From contig JAPONU010000155.1 of assembly GCA_026713745.1 (NCBI GenBank), positions 1 through 42,364 of the forward strand: a stretch of 42,364 nucleotides of DNA, written 5' to 3'. Shown one piece after another: positions 1 through 9,121 of this stretch; the first letter of the stretch is position 1; the number at the start of each line of letters is the position of its first letter. The DNA comes from a bacterium (GTDB lineage: Bacteria; Actinomycetota; Acidimicrobiia; Acidimicrobiales; CATQHL01). Under the pieces are notes generated by a model, which was given only the letters and a program-made list of their open reading frames with translations, was not told where the DNA came from and did no database searches. Position numbers and translations under genes: made by a program.

Positions 1-51
1 CAGCCCCGCCAGCCCCAGCAGCCCCAGCAAGCCCAGGTCGAGGAGGTTCAC
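1..51 (-). CDS. possible 5' end of a membrane or secreted protein gene running off the window (17 codons only)
   Basis: GTG at 51..49 lies 13 nt downstream of the trmI stop and is preceded by GAGG. The in-frame hydrophobic run VNLLDLGLLGLLGLAGL reaches position 1. Too short to identify. Confidence 0.25.
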   Translation of the reverse strand, partial: MNLLDLGLLGLLGLAGL

Positions 52-63
52 GGCCGGTCGCCT

Positions 64-903
64 CTAGGCCGGAAGCCGCCTGGCGTGCGTGAGGAACCCG
101 GTGTGGGCAACCATCCGGTGGTCCGGCCGGACGGCCTCCCCTGCAATATGCCAGGTTCGCTGCAGGATCTCGACGGTGGCGGCAAGTGCCCAGGGGCCGC
201 GCTCCAGTGAGTCCCGCAGGTGTGTGGCTTGCAGCACGCTGGGGGTGTAGGCGATGAGGATGCCACCGGGGCGGAGGCGGTCCTCGGCGTGCGGTACGAC
301 TCGCCAGGGCTCGGGGAGGTCCAGGGCCACTCGGTCCAGGCGGTCCACGTCGATGCCCTCGTAGCAGTCGCGTTCGGAGATGTGGTAGCGGGCCAGTTCC
401 TCCGGCCCCAGGAACTCCTGCACGTTCTTGTGCGCGCGGCGAGCGAAGTCGGGGCGAATCTCGTAGCCGAACACCTCGGCACCGGCGCGCAGCAACGCCA
501 GGGACAGTGCCCCGGATCCCACGCCCGATTCCAGCACCCGATGGCCAGGAGCGACATCGGCGAGCAGCAGCATGGGGCCGAGGTCCTTGGGGTAGATGAC
601 CTGTGCCCCGCGCTTCATCTTCACGATGAAGTCCGACAGCGTGGGGCGGAACGCCCGGAAGCGGGTCCCGCCGACCGATCGCACCTCGCTGCCTTCGGGT
701 TGGCCGACAAGATCATCCCAGGCCACGAGCCCGGAATGGGAGTGAAAGAAGCCTCCGGGCTCCAGCCGGCGCAGGTAGCTGCGATTCTTCCGGTCGACCA
801 GCATGACCAGTTCCCCGTCGCCGAATCCCTCCCCGGACCGCGGGGTGCCCGAGCCCGCCGTGCCGTCCCCCCGGCTGCGGTGTCTCTCCGTCTCCCCGCT
901 CAC
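64..903 (-). CDS. trmI: tRNA (adenine58-N1)-methyltransferase TrmI (GCD14 family)
   Basis: Full-length resemblance to the TrmI/Rv2118c family, including the SAM motif LESGVGSGALSL, RGAQVIYPKD and a C-terminal HTGFL. Track ORF is 64..1041. I prefer GTG at 903 because it forms a GTGA overlap with the stop of the upstream 81-aa ORF, and the family-like sequence begins just after it. Confidence 0.9.
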   Translation of the reverse strand: MSGETERHRSRGDGTAGSGTPRSGEGFGDGELVMLVDRKNRSYLRRLEPGGFFHSHSGLVAWDDLVGQPEGSEVRSVGGTRFRAFRPTLSDFIVKMKRGAQVIYPKDLGPMLLLADVAPGHRVLESGVGSGALSLALLRAGAEVFGYEIRPDFARRAHKNVQEFLGPEELARYHISERDCYEGIDVDRLDRVALDLPEPWRVVPHAEDRLRPGGILIAYTPSVLQATHLRDSLERGPWALAATVEILQRTWHIAGEAVRPDHRMVAHTGFLTHARRLPA

Positions 904-1145
904 GCGCGCCCGGCGTGGAAGCGGCGGTGGCGCGATGCGCCGTGCGAGACCACGAGCCGCTCCCCCGGTCTCAACCGCAACGTGGTGCGGGCAGCCGGCT
1001 CGATGGGTCGAAGCGCCCTGCGCACGCCTCGCAGACCCCATGCCAGAGCCCCTGCCAGCAGCCAGAAGGTGCTGTCGCCCAGCAGCCCGCGGGTGATGCC
1101 TCGCCGTCGTGCCAGTGCCAGAGGACTCAGCGCTGCGGCGGCCAC
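900..1145 (-). CDS. hypothetical small protein (81 aa, one predicted hydrophobic helix)
   Basis: ORF-track entry. Its stop overlaps the trmI GTG (GTGA), and its start lies 5 nt after the previous gene's stop. Contains the hydrophobic segment FWLLAGALAWGL. I recognise no family. Confidence 0.5.
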   Translation of the reverse strand: MAAAALSPLALARRRGITRGLLGDSTFWLLAGALAWGLRGVRRALRPIEPAARTTLRLRPGERLVVSHGASRHRRFHAGRA

Positions 1146-1149
1146 GGGC

Positions 1150-1365
1150 TCAATACCGGCGCAACTCGACGAAGGTGCGAGTCAGGCGGCCACGGCGTTT
1201 GCCGAGGAAGAATGCCAGGATCACCAGAGCGATCCCGCCGATCACGCCGAGGCGGAAGCCACTCCGCCGGGCAGGGGCGCTGGCGACGTTGACGGCATCG
1301 GCCACCTGCTGCAACTGCGCCTCGAGATCCTCGCGAGTGATGTCGCCGGAGCGGCCTTGGGTCAC
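1150..1365 (-). CDS. small single-pass membrane protein (DUF3618/YqjD-like architecture)
   Basis: C-terminal 71 codons of track ORF 1150..1551, starting at GTG 1365. That GTG overlaps the stop of the upstream holin-like gene (GTGA). Amphipathic N-terminus (DLEAQLQQVADAV), then TM helix LGVIGGIALVILAFFLG followed by KRRGR. Confidence 0.6.
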   Translation of the reverse strand: MTQGRSGDITREDLEAQLQQVADAVNVASAPARRSGFRLGVIGGIALVILAFFLGKRRGRLTRTFVELRRY

Positions 1366-1775
1366 TTCTCCTCCTCCGGGCCACCGCGCCGTCGTGCTCG
1401 CGCGGCAGAGCGTGCGAACAGGAATACCACCAACACCCCGGCCAGCACGATTGCGTACGGCGTCCAGCTGAGAGTGCCGGCGAGATGCCCACCGGTCTCG
1501 GTCTGCAAGGCCCGCAGGGCGGCGAGTGCCAGAAGGACCAGCCCCGTGCACACGAAGACGCCTCCCAGAATGCCGAAGCCCAGCCAGGCAACCAGACGTT
1601 TCAGGGGGTCGACGGCCTCTTGGCGGAAATAGGCAAGGACGACGTCACGCAACTCGGTGAGAGCGGTGGCCGGATCGGTAAGTGCACCCTGCGAGGCCGT
1701 GTCGGTCTCCGGCGCACCGGCTCCGGCGGGGGGTCCGTCGGGAGGCCGCGTCTCGTCACCGCTGGCAGCAACCAT
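1362..1775 (-). CDS. phage holin family (holin-X / PF07332-like) two-TM membrane protein
   Basis: 137 aa with a low-complexity N-terminus, then two long hydrophobic helices (WLGFGILGGVFVCTGLVLLALAAL and YAIVLAGVLVVFLFA) and a basic tail. This is the typical topology of the actinobacterial holin-X family. Confidence 0.65.
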   Translation of the reverse strand: MVAASGDETRPPDGPPAGAGAPETDTASQGALTDPATALTELRDVVLAYFRQEAVDPLKRLVAWLGFGILGGVFVCTGLVLLALAALRALQTETGGHLAGTLSWTPYAIVLAGVLVVFLFARSAARARRRGGPEEEK

Positions 1776-1843
1776 GCCGCGGAGTCTACCGCCCGCCCTC
1801 GGAGGGCCCTGAGGCGGGGAATCGGCCCCGGCGATGCGCCGGT

Positions 1844-2524
1844 TCAGTCCCGCGAGGGTCCCTCGCCGGTGTCGGCGAGCAGGCGAAGCGTGTCCTCGAC
1901 GCCCCCGAGGAGTTCCGCCAGCAGGTGGAGACGCTCCACGGTGCCGGGTGCCTCGAGGAGGCGCAGCCGGTCCAGTTCCCCGACCGGCGCGGCGCTGCAG
2001 AGTTGGTAGGCGGCCCGGGCGGAGTCGTCGCTGAGCCGGTCGAAACGCAGCTCGGGGGTCCCACCGGTCCCAGCGGCTCCGAGCAGTGCCGCGATTCGCC
2101 GGTACGTCTCGGTAACGACCTCCGCCGGGCCGGAAGTGTCTTCGGCGGGAGCCGGTGAATCGGGCCAGGATTCTGTGAGCGCCCGGGGATAGGGGTCGTC
2201 GTCAAGCCAGCGGCGGACCCGCAATCTGTCGAGGCACTCGGTCTCGAGAATCCACCGTTGCCCCTCCACCGGGCGCGCCCGGAGAATCCGTACACCCACG
2301 CCGACGTCGCTGCGGACCTGGGTTGGATCGGCTCCGACCTCCGATCCGCGCATGATCAGCGCGACGCCGAACATGCTGTCCCCGTCGAGGCAGGACTCCG
2401 TCAACTCCACGTAACGCGGCTCGAACACGTGCAGAGGGAGCGCGGAGCCCGGAAAGGGCAGCCGCTGCAACGGGAACATCGCCAGTTCTCGCACCGCCGA
2501 GGCTGCCGGCGGCGATGCGGCCAC
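1844..2524 (-). CDS. LON peptidase substrate-binding (LON N-terminal) domain protein
   Basis: N-terminal signature LAMFPLQRLPFPGSALPLHVFEPRY, typical of stand-alone Lon N-domain proteins. GTG start sits 5 nt after the dacB stop, with GGGGGA upstream. Confidence 0.85.
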   Translation of the reverse strand: MAASPPAASAVRELAMFPLQRLPFPGSALPLHVFEPRYVELTESCLDGDSMFGVALIMRGSEVGADPTQVRSDVGVGVRILRARPVEGQRWILETECLDRLRVRRWLDDDPYPRALTESWPDSPAPAEDTSGPAEVVTETYRRIAALLGAAGTGGTPELRFDRLSDDSARAAYQLCSAAPVGELDRLRLLEAPGTVERLHLLAELLGGVEDTLRLLADTGEGPSRD

Positions 2525-2529
2525 GGCGA

Positions 2530-3978
2530 CTATCCCCCGCCGTCGAGGGTCTCGGTGCCGCTGTCGCCGGTCTCGGCGAAGTTGGGGTGGGCCGCCAGGA
2601 TCTCCAGCATTTGCTGCAGGAAGGCGTCGCCGTCGATGGCGGCGAGCCTCTCACCGTTCAAGATGGCGGCGAAGGTGATCGGCCGGCCGTCGTCACCGGT
2701 GACGAAACCCGCCAGGGAGGACACGCCGGGCAATGAGCCGGTCTTCGCCCGGACGCGCCCGGCGGCAGTGGAGTCGACGAAGCGATTGCGCAGGGTGCCC
2801 GACTCACCCGCCACCGGCAGGTAGGACGCCAGGGTTCCATCGGGGCCATCGATCTCGAGGATGTCGGTGACCTGACGGCAGGTCAACTCGTTCTCGGGGC
2901 TGAGACCCGAGCCGTCAACGGGCGGGAACACCAGCACGGGACGGCCCGCATCGGCGGCCAGCAACTCCAGCACCGCCAGGGCGCCGTCGAGGGTCGTGCC
3001 GCGGCCGGACCAGGACCGGCCAACCTCCTTCAGGATCAATTCGGCAGTTGTGTTGTCGCTCTCGGAGAGCATGAAGCGCAGGTAGTTGCTCAGCGGCGCC
3101 GAGGTGATCGACCCCAACTCCAGGTAGGCGCTGAAGTCCCTGTCAGGTGTGGCCACGCCGGGACGCTCGGGGATCGTCACCGACCGTGCCTCGAGCATGT
3201 CGTCGAACAGGGCGGCGGTACGCAGCGCCGGCTCGGGTTCGGGGAGCAGTCCGGCCGTCCCGGTGATTCCCTCCGGTGCCTGATACCCCTGATTGAGCGC
3301 GATCGCATTGAGGGTCCCGGACGCGCCGGCTCGAACCCATTCTTCGGGCCAACCGGCCACCGACGTGGCGTCGTCGTAGCGATCCGCCACCGCGATGACG
3401 GCGCCGTTGATGCGGGTGAGCCCGTCAGCCACGAGTTCGGCGGCGAGCCCGTCGAGCCGGGTGGGCTCCGCTCCCTGTACCGCCAGGAGTTCCGCGTAGT
3501 CCTCGGTCGCCAGCAGCGGATCCCCGCCGCCGACCAGGTAGAGATCGCTGGGCAGGACGCCGTCGACCGGCTCGGATTCTGCGATCACCGTCGTCCGGTA
3601 GGTGTAGTCGGGTCCCAGGGCCGACAGGGCGGCGTGGGCAGTGGCCAGCTTCTGGAGCGACGCGGGCACGAGGGGCTCATCGGGATCCTTCGCGAAGAGA
3701 TCCTCGCCGCCCTGGCGGACCACGACACAACTCTCGGCGGGGGCGCTGATCACCAGCGCCGTCAGGTCCCGTTCCAGCGTCACCTCTCGCTTCGGTGTCG
3801 TGACCGGAGTGGCGCTGGTGGCCGCGGTCGGCAGCCGTCGCGCCGAGAGCAGTGGAAGGTCCGCACCGGCCACGCCGAGGGGTTGGCCCGGCACGGGTTC
3901 GTCAGCCAGCTGATTGGACACCAGCAAGGTCGCGACCGCCACGGCGAGCAGTACGAGCGGCACGAAGATGCGGAACAT
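2530..3978 (-). CDS. dacB: D-alanyl-D-alanine carboxypeptidase/endopeptidase, PBP4 family (peptidase S13)
   Basis: Motifs SLQK (SxxK), SDN (SxN) and KTGS (KTG). Signal/TM segment MFRIFVPLVLLAVAVATLLV. Track ORF extends to 4119; I prefer the ATG at 3978 that begins the signal peptide. Confidence 0.85.
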   Translation of the reverse strand: MFRIFVPLVLLAVAVATLLVSNQLADEPVPGQPLGVAGADLPLLSARRLPTAATSATPVTTPKREVTLERDLTALVISAPAESCVVVRQGGEDLFAKDPDEPLVPASLQKLATAHAALSALGPDYTYRTTVIAESEPVDGVLPSDLYLVGGGDPLLATEDYAELLAVQGAEPTRLDGLAAELVADGLTRINGAVIAVADRYDDATSVAGWPEEWVRAGASGTLNAIALNQGYQAPEGITGTAGLLPEPEPALRTAALFDDMLEARSVTIPERPGVATPDRDFSAYLELGSITSAPLSNYLRFMLSESDNTTAELILKEVGRSWSGRGTTLDGALAVLELLAADAGRPVLVFPPVDGSGLSPENELTCRQVTDILEIDGPDGTLASYLPVAGESGTLRNRFVDSTAAGRVRAKTGSLPGVSSLAGFVTGDDGRPITFAAILNGERLAAIDGDAFLQQMLEILAAHPNFAETGDSGTETLDGGG

Positions 3979-4100
3979 ACCGCCCAAACTGTACGCCCGC
4001 CCTGCCCGACCGGGGCGCGCCGGCGTCCACGCCGCGACGCGGGGATTGTCCGGCCCCTCAGAAGCCGCCTTCGCGGCGGTCGAGGCGGTACGGTCAGGGC

Positions 4101-4502
4101 GTGCAGATTGTCGCCGCACTGTTCATCGAGGAAATCGACGTCCGGGAGGTTCCCGGTCCCTCGACGCGCCTCGACCTGTCCGGGGTGCATTTCTCGGTGA
4201 TGGCATCCGGCGAGTTGCCGCTGCTGTGGACTCCGCATCTCGTGGTGATCGTGCGGTGTCCCGCCGGCAGCGACGGGAACGACGTGCTCGAGGTGGTCTA
4301 CACCCGGGACGGTGTCCAGATCGCCCGAAACGTGCAATACCTGCAGGTGGAGCCCGGTAAGTTCAGCTTCCGGCTGGTGAGGGCGGAGTTGCAGTTCGAG
4401 GACTACTCCACGGTGGAGGCGCATTGCCGCTTGGGCGACGGCCCCACGACGGTGGTCCCTTACGCCCTGCTGGCGCCGGCGCCGGCGCCGGCGGACGAGT
4501 GA
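4101..4502 (+). CDS. hypothetical protein (133 aa)
   Basis: Distal part of track ORF 3852..4502, starting at the first plausible start (GTG 4101) outside the divergent dacB gene. Strong GC3 bias in this frame. No family recognised. Confidence 0.6.
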   Translation: MQIVAALFIEEIDVREVPGPSTRLDLSGVHFSVMASGELPLLWTPHLVVIVRCPAGSDGNDVLEVVYTRDGVQIARNVQYLQVEPGKFSFRLVRAELQFEDYSTVEAHCRLGDGPTTVVPYALLAPAPAPADE

Positions 4503-4527
4503 GCCCGACGCTACGGTCGCCGCGTCG

Positions 4528-5676
4528 ATGACTTTTGCAGTGGCCCTCTCGGAGGCCGAATCCACGGCGGATGCGGCTGCGGCGGTCGCCGCCGATCTGG
4601 CCGGCTCGTTGGAGGCCGACCCGCCCGCTGCGGTGATCTTCTTCGCCACCGCAGCGCATTCCGACGCCATGGACAACCTGGCGGCCATCCTCGCCGAACG
4701 GCTCCCCCCCGAGGGGATGCTGGGCGCCGCTGCGGTGTCGGTCATCGCCGGAGGCCGTGAATTGGAGGAGACGCCGGCGGTGGCGGCTTGGGCCGCTCCC
4801 CTCAGCGGCGCTGTACCGGTGCGTCTGGGTCCCGCTCTCACCCCCGAGCATTCGCCCGTGGAGGATCTCCCGCCGCTGGGCGATCGGCCGCGCACTTTGC
4901 TGCTGATAGCCGATCCGTTCAGCTTCCCCGCCGACCGCCTGCTGGTGCAGCTGGGAGCCGACCATCCGCAGGTTCGCGCAATCGGAGGGCTGGCTTCCGC
5001 GTCACCGACGGCGGGAGGAAACCGCCTCGTACTCGGCGGCGAGGTGTTCGACGATGGAGCCGTCGGCTTGTTGCTGGAGTCGAGGGCCGAACTCCGGACC
5101 GTCGTGTCCCAAGGTTGCCGACCGATCGGGCGGCCCTACGTCGTGACCCACGGCGAACGCAACCTGATTCACGAGTTGGGGGGACGACCCGCACTCGAAC
5201 GCCTGCAGGGGATCGTGGAGGGTCTCGATGCCTCCGAGCGCGCCCTGGTGCAGCGCGGCCTTCACGTCGGCATCGTCGTGAACGAACACAAACTGGACTT
5301 CGACAGGGGCGACTTCCTGGTGCGCGGCGTGCTGGGGTTGGAGCGAACCTCGCAGGCCCTGGCGGTGGGCGACATTGTCGAGACCGGCACCACGGTGCAG
5401 TTCCACGTGCGCGACGCCACCACGGCGCGCGACGACCTCAGCGGCCTCATGTCGGGGCGGTGTGCTGACGGAGCGTTGCTGTTCACCTGCAACGGCAGGG
5501 GACGCCGTCTCTTCGAGGTTCCCGATCAGGATGCCTCGGTGGTGTCGAACGCCATCGCACCGGCCCCGGTGGCCGGGATGTTCTGTGCCGGTGAGATCGG
5601 GCCCGTGGGCCCCCGCAGCTACCTGCACGGGTTCACGGCCTCGGTCGCCCTGTTCGGCCGGGGAGCGGGTCGGTGA
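4528..5676 (+). CDS. FIST N/C domain-containing sensory protein
   Basis: 382 aa with the overall FIST pattern: N-terminal AAVIFFATAAH block, and C-terminal LLFTCNGRG ... GMFCAGEIGP motif typical of FIST_C. Confidence 0.8.
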   Translation: MTFAVALSEAESTADAAAAVAADLAGSLEADPPAAVIFFATAAHSDAMDNLAAILAERLPPEGMLGAAAVSVIAGGRELEETPAVAAWAAPLSGAVPVRLGPALTPEHSPVEDLPPLGDRPRTLLLIADPFSFPADRLLVQLGADHPQVRAIGGLASASPTAGGNRLVLGGEVFDDGAVGLLLESRAELRTVVSQGCRPIGRPYVVTHGERNLIHELGGRPALERLQGIVEGLDASERALVQRGLHVGIVVNEHKLDFDRGDFLVRGVLGLERTSQALAVGDIVETGTTVQFHVRDATTARDDLSGLMSGRCADGALLFTCNGRGRRLFEVPDQDASVVSNAIAPAPVAGMFCAGEIGPVGPRSYLHGFTASVALFGRGAGR

Positions 5677-7688
5677 GCAGCGAAAGTCCCCCCCGCGACC
5701 TCGCTGTTGAGCGGCGCGCCATCGACGTGGTCCGGGCGCTGGCCATGGATGCGCCCCACGCGGCTCGCTCGGGCCATCAGGGCACCGCCATGGCCCTGGC
5801 TCCGCTGGCGCACGTGCTGTGGAGCCGGATCATGACCTACGACCCGGCGGCTCCCGACTGGCCCGACCGGGACCGGTTCGTGCTGAGTGCCGGCCACGCC
5901 TCGATCCTCCTCTACAGCATGGCCTACCTCTGCGGGTACGACCTCTCCCTGGACGACCTGAAGGCCTTCCGGCAGTGGGGCAGCCGCACTCCGGGGCACC
6001 CCGAGGCCGAGACCGCGATCGGCGTGGAAGTCACCACCGGCCCGCTCGGCCAAGGTTTTGCCAATGCCGTGGGGATGGCACTGGCCGAGCGCTGGTTGCG
6101 CACCCGCTACGGCCCCGGACTCTGTGATCACCACACCTTCGTGATCTGCAGTGACGGCGACCTCGCGGAAGGGGTGAGCCACGAGGCGGCGTCCATGGCA
6201 GGGCATCTGGGCCTTGGCCGCCTCGTCTACGTGTACGACGACAACCGGGTGTCCATCGACGGCAAGACCGACCTATGGCTCTCCGACGACGCTGCCGCTC
6301 GTTTCGCGGCCTACGGCTGGCACGTCGAGACCCTGGGCGAAGTGGCCGAGGACCTCGATGCGCTCGAAGCGGCGCTGCGCGGCGCCATGGCGACCGAGGC
6401 CCCCTCGCTGCTCGTGCTGCGCAGCCACATAGCCCACCCCTCCCCCGAGCTCACCGACGAGCCGGCGGCTCACGGCTACGCCCTGGGCGACGACGAGATC
6501 GCGGCTGCCAAGGCCGTGATGGGGTTGCCGCCCACCGAGCGGTTCTGGGTGCCCGACGACGTGCTGGAGTACTACCGCGCGGTCGGTCGCCGCGGAGCCG
6601 GGGCGCGCCGCGCCTGGGAGGACCGCTGGGCCGACGCCTCCGGAGCCCGCCCGGACCTGGGAGGCGTGTGGGCGGCCCGGCCCCCGGAGGGTTGGGATGA
6701 CGGCGTCGGGCCCTGGGAGGTGGGAACCTCCGTGGCGACGCGTGCGGCCAGTGGCGCGTGCCTGAACGCCGTCGCGACCGCCATGGACCACGTGCTGGCC
6801 GGCGGTGCCGACCTGACCGGGAACACCGGCACGAAGCTGGCCGCAGCGACCCCGCTGAGCCGCGAGGCCGGCGACGGGCGCCAGGTGTTCTACGGCGTGC
6901 GCGAGCACGCCATGGGTTCGGCAATGGTGGGTATCGCCCGCCACGGTGGCCTGCTGCCGGTCGGCGGCACGTTCCTCGTCTTCAGCGACTACATGCGCCC
7001 GGCGGTGCGACTGGCGGCCCTGTCGGGGGCCAGGGTCGTGTTCTGCTGGTCACACGACTCCCTGGGCGTCGGCGAGGACGGGCCCACGCACCAGCCGGTG
7101 GAGCACGTGGCGACCCTGCGCGCCATCCCCGACCTGACGGTCATCCGACCGGCGGACGCGCCGGAGACCCTCGGCGCCTGGCGGGCCGCCCTGGACTGCG
7201 AGGGCCCGACCGCTCTCATCTTGACCCGACAGGGAACCCCGGTGCTGGCGGGGACCACCCCCGAAGGGGTTGACCGCGGCGCCTACGTCCTCAGCGAACC
7301 CACCGCAGCGGCGTTGACGCTCGTGGGTTCGGGCAGTGAGGTTGCGCTGTGCGTCAGCGCGGCGGGGCGCCTGAGGACCGAAGGCATCGCCGCGGCGGTG
7401 GTCTCCATGCCCTGCTGGGAGCTGTTCGCCACCCAGCCGGCCGCGTACCGCGAGGCGGTAATTCCACCCGACCGGCCCTCGCTGGCGGTGGAGGCGGGCG
7501 TCACCCAGGGTTGGGAACGCTGGGTCGACCGTGCCTTGGGGGTCGACCGATTCGGTGCATCCGCGCCCGGCAACGTCGTCCTGGCCGAGTTGGGCATGAA
7601 CCCCGATCGTGTCGTGGCGGCAGCCCGGGAGTTGCTCGGAGAGACGCAACGGCCCCCGGCTGCTGCTGAAGGGAGAGACGCATCATGA
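5673..7688 (+). CDS. tkt: transketolase
   Basis: Motifs GHQGTAMALAP, WGSRTPGHPE, the TPP motif CSDGDLAEGVSHEA, and GEDGPTHQPVEH. GTG start overlaps the FIST stop (GTGA). Confidence 0.97.
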   Translation: MSSESPPRDLAVERRAIDVVRALAMDAPHAARSGHQGTAMALAPLAHVLWSRIMTYDPAAPDWPDRDRFVLSAGHASILLYSMAYLCGYDLSLDDLKAFRQWGSRTPGHPEAETAIGVEVTTGPLGQGFANAVGMALAERWLRTRYGPGLCDHHTFVICSDGDLAEGVSHEAASMAGHLGLGRLVYVYDDNRVSIDGKTDLWLSDDAAARFAAYGWHVETLGEVAEDLDALEAALRGAMATEAPSLLVLRSHIAHPSPELTDEPAAHGYALGDDEIAAAKAVMGLPPTERFWVPDDVLEYYRAVGRRGAGARRAWEDRWADASGARPDLGGVWAARPPEGWDDGVGPWEVGTSVATRAASGACLNAVATAMDHVLAGGADLTGNTGTKLAAATPLSREAGDGRQVFYGVREHAMGSAMVGIARHGGLLPVGGTFLVFSDYMRPAVRLAALSGARVVFCWSHDSLGVGEDGPTHQPVEHVATLRAIPDLTVIRPADAPETLGAWRAALDCEGPTALILTRQGTPVLAGTTPEGVDRGAYVLSEPTAAALTLVGSGSEVALCVSAAGRLRTEGIAAAVVSMPCWELFATQPAAYREAVIPPDRPSLAVEAGVTQGWERWVDRALGVDRFGASAPGNVVLAELGMNPDRVVAAARELLGETQRPPAAAEGRDAS

Positions 7689-8779
7689 GCAGGCTGGTCG
7701 AACTCCACGAGGTGGGGCGGCAGAGCCCCTGGCTGGACAACCTGAAGCGCAGCTGGATCACCGGCGGTGAGTTGAACCGCTGGGTGGAGCGCGGTTGCCG
7801 CGGCATCACCTCCAACCCCACGATCTTCCAGAAGGCGATGACCTCCGGCGACGCCTATGACAGCGACCTGGCGGAGTTGACCGCGGCAGGCACAGGCACC
7901 GAGGAGAGCTACTGGCACCTCGTGACCAGCGATATCAGTGCCGCGCTGGCCGTGCTGCGCCCGGTGTACGACAGCAGCGCCGGCACCGACGGCTACGTGT
8001 CGGTGGAGGTGGCCCCCGAACTCGCACACGACGCTGTGGCCACAATCGAGGCGGCCCGGGAACTCCACGGGTGGATCGACGCCCCCAACCTGTACGTGAA
8101 GGTGCCGGCCACCCCCGCCGGCGTCGACGCCCTGCGAACGCTCACCGCCGAGGGCCACAGCATCAACGTCACGCTCATCTTCTCTCTCGGACGTTACGAG
8201 GATGTGATCGAGGCATACCTGACGGGACTCGAGAGCCGCCCGGGAGATCTGAGCGACATCTCCGGGGTGGCCTCGTTCTTCGTGAGCCGGGTGGACACCG
8301 AGGTCGACAGGCGCTTGGAGGCCGTGGGCACCCCCGCGGCCCGGGCGCTCGGTGGCCGGATCGCGGTGGCGCAGGCGAAGCTGGCGTACGACATCTTCCG
8401 GCGCTGCTTCTCCGGGCCGCGCTGGGAGGCCCTGAGCGCCCGCGGCGCCCGCGTGCAGCGTCCTCTCTGGGCCTCCACCTCGACGAAGAACCCCGCCTAC
8501 CCCGACACGCTGTACGTGGACAACCTGATCGGACCTGACACGGTCAACACCTTGCCCGAGGCAACCCTCGAGGCGTTCGAGGATCACGGCACGGTGCGGC
8601 GCACGATCGACGCCGACTTGGACCGGGCCGCAGCGGACCTGGACGATCTCGCTGATGTGGGTGTGGATCTGGCCGAGGTGGCCGAAGTTCTCGAGTCTGA
8701 AGGAGTGGCGGCATTCGCCAAGTCCTTCGACGAGTTGCTGGAGACCCTCGCGGGACGCGCCGCCGAGCTCACCGCCTGA
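7685..8779 (+). CDS. tal: transaldolase (actinobacterial long form)
   Basis: QSPWLDNL N-terminus, active-site Lys context NLYVKVPAT, and INVTLIFS. ATG overlaps the tkt stop (ATGA). Confidence 0.97.
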   Translation: MSRLVELHEVGRQSPWLDNLKRSWITGGELNRWVERGCRGITSNPTIFQKAMTSGDAYDSDLAELTAAGTGTEESYWHLVTSDISAALAVLRPVYDSSAGTDGYVSVEVAPELAHDAVATIEAARELHGWIDAPNLYVKVPATPAGVDALRTLTAEGHSINVTLIFSLGRYEDVIEAYLTGLESRPGDLSDISGVASFFVSRVDTEVDRRLEAVGTPAARALGGRIAVAQAKLAYDIFRRCFSGPRWEALSARGARVQRPLWASTSTKNPAYPDTLYVDNLIGPDTVNTLPEATLEAFEDHGTVRRTIDADLDRAAADLDDLADVGVDLAEVAEVLESEGVAAFAKSFDELLETLAGRAAELTA

Positions 8780-8792
8780 GCCGCCGGAGTCC

Positions 8793-9014
8793 TCAGAGGG
8801 GCGTCGGGTCGTCCTCGGGGTTCGGCTGCAGCGCTGCGACCGCCCTGGCGACCGCCCGGCGGGCCTTGAGAAGCCGTCGCTCAACCGCCAGGTGGGTGGG
8901 ATCACCACCTGCTGCGGCCGCCCGGAGGTACTCGAAACCCAGGTCGTCCATGTCCATTGCGATTCCGGCGAGCCGCTCGGCCAGGTCTCCGAGGGTGTCC
9001 TCGATGTCGCTCAC
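8793..9014 (-). CDS. hypothetical small acidic protein (73 aa)
   Basis: Track ORF 8793..9059. GTG at 9014 has GAGGG about 12 nt upstream. Good GC3 bias. No family recognised. Converges on tal with only a 13-nt spacer. Confidence 0.5.
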   Translation of the reverse strand: MSDIEDTLGDLAERLAGIAMDMDDLGFEYLRAAAAGGDPTHLAVERRLLKARRAVARAVAALQPNPEDDPTPL

Positions 9015-9121
9015 ACCCGCAGTCTGCCCTCGCTGTGGCGGGTCGCGGCGACGGCGCAATCGCGGGGCGGAGAACCGATGATTCTCAGCGCCGGTGAGCG
9101 AGCCCGGTAGCCTCGCCTCCG

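Noticed and set aside
220-1632. Long ORFs antisense to or overlapping the called genes. Examples: 220..1632, 3780..4895, 7283..8908, 9094..10509, 12185..13786, 24349..25803, 25952..27880, 31141..32274, 34696..36015, 37428..38717, 38774..40474.
   Set aside because: These are typical shadow ORFs of a very GC-rich genome. Their translations are Arg/Pro/Gly/Ala-rich with no family resemblance. Each lies opposite a gene with clear family motifs and the expected third-position G/C bias.
9015-9121. Possible fluoride (crcB-motif) riboswitch upstream of the ClC gene, because of AACCGATGATTC.
   Set aside because: Only a fragment resembles the consensus (AACCGCC ... CUGAUGAU), and the pseudoknot partner and 5' GGnGAUGG element are absent. 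The channel is a CBS-bearing ClC, not the ClC-F type usually controlled by that riboswitch.
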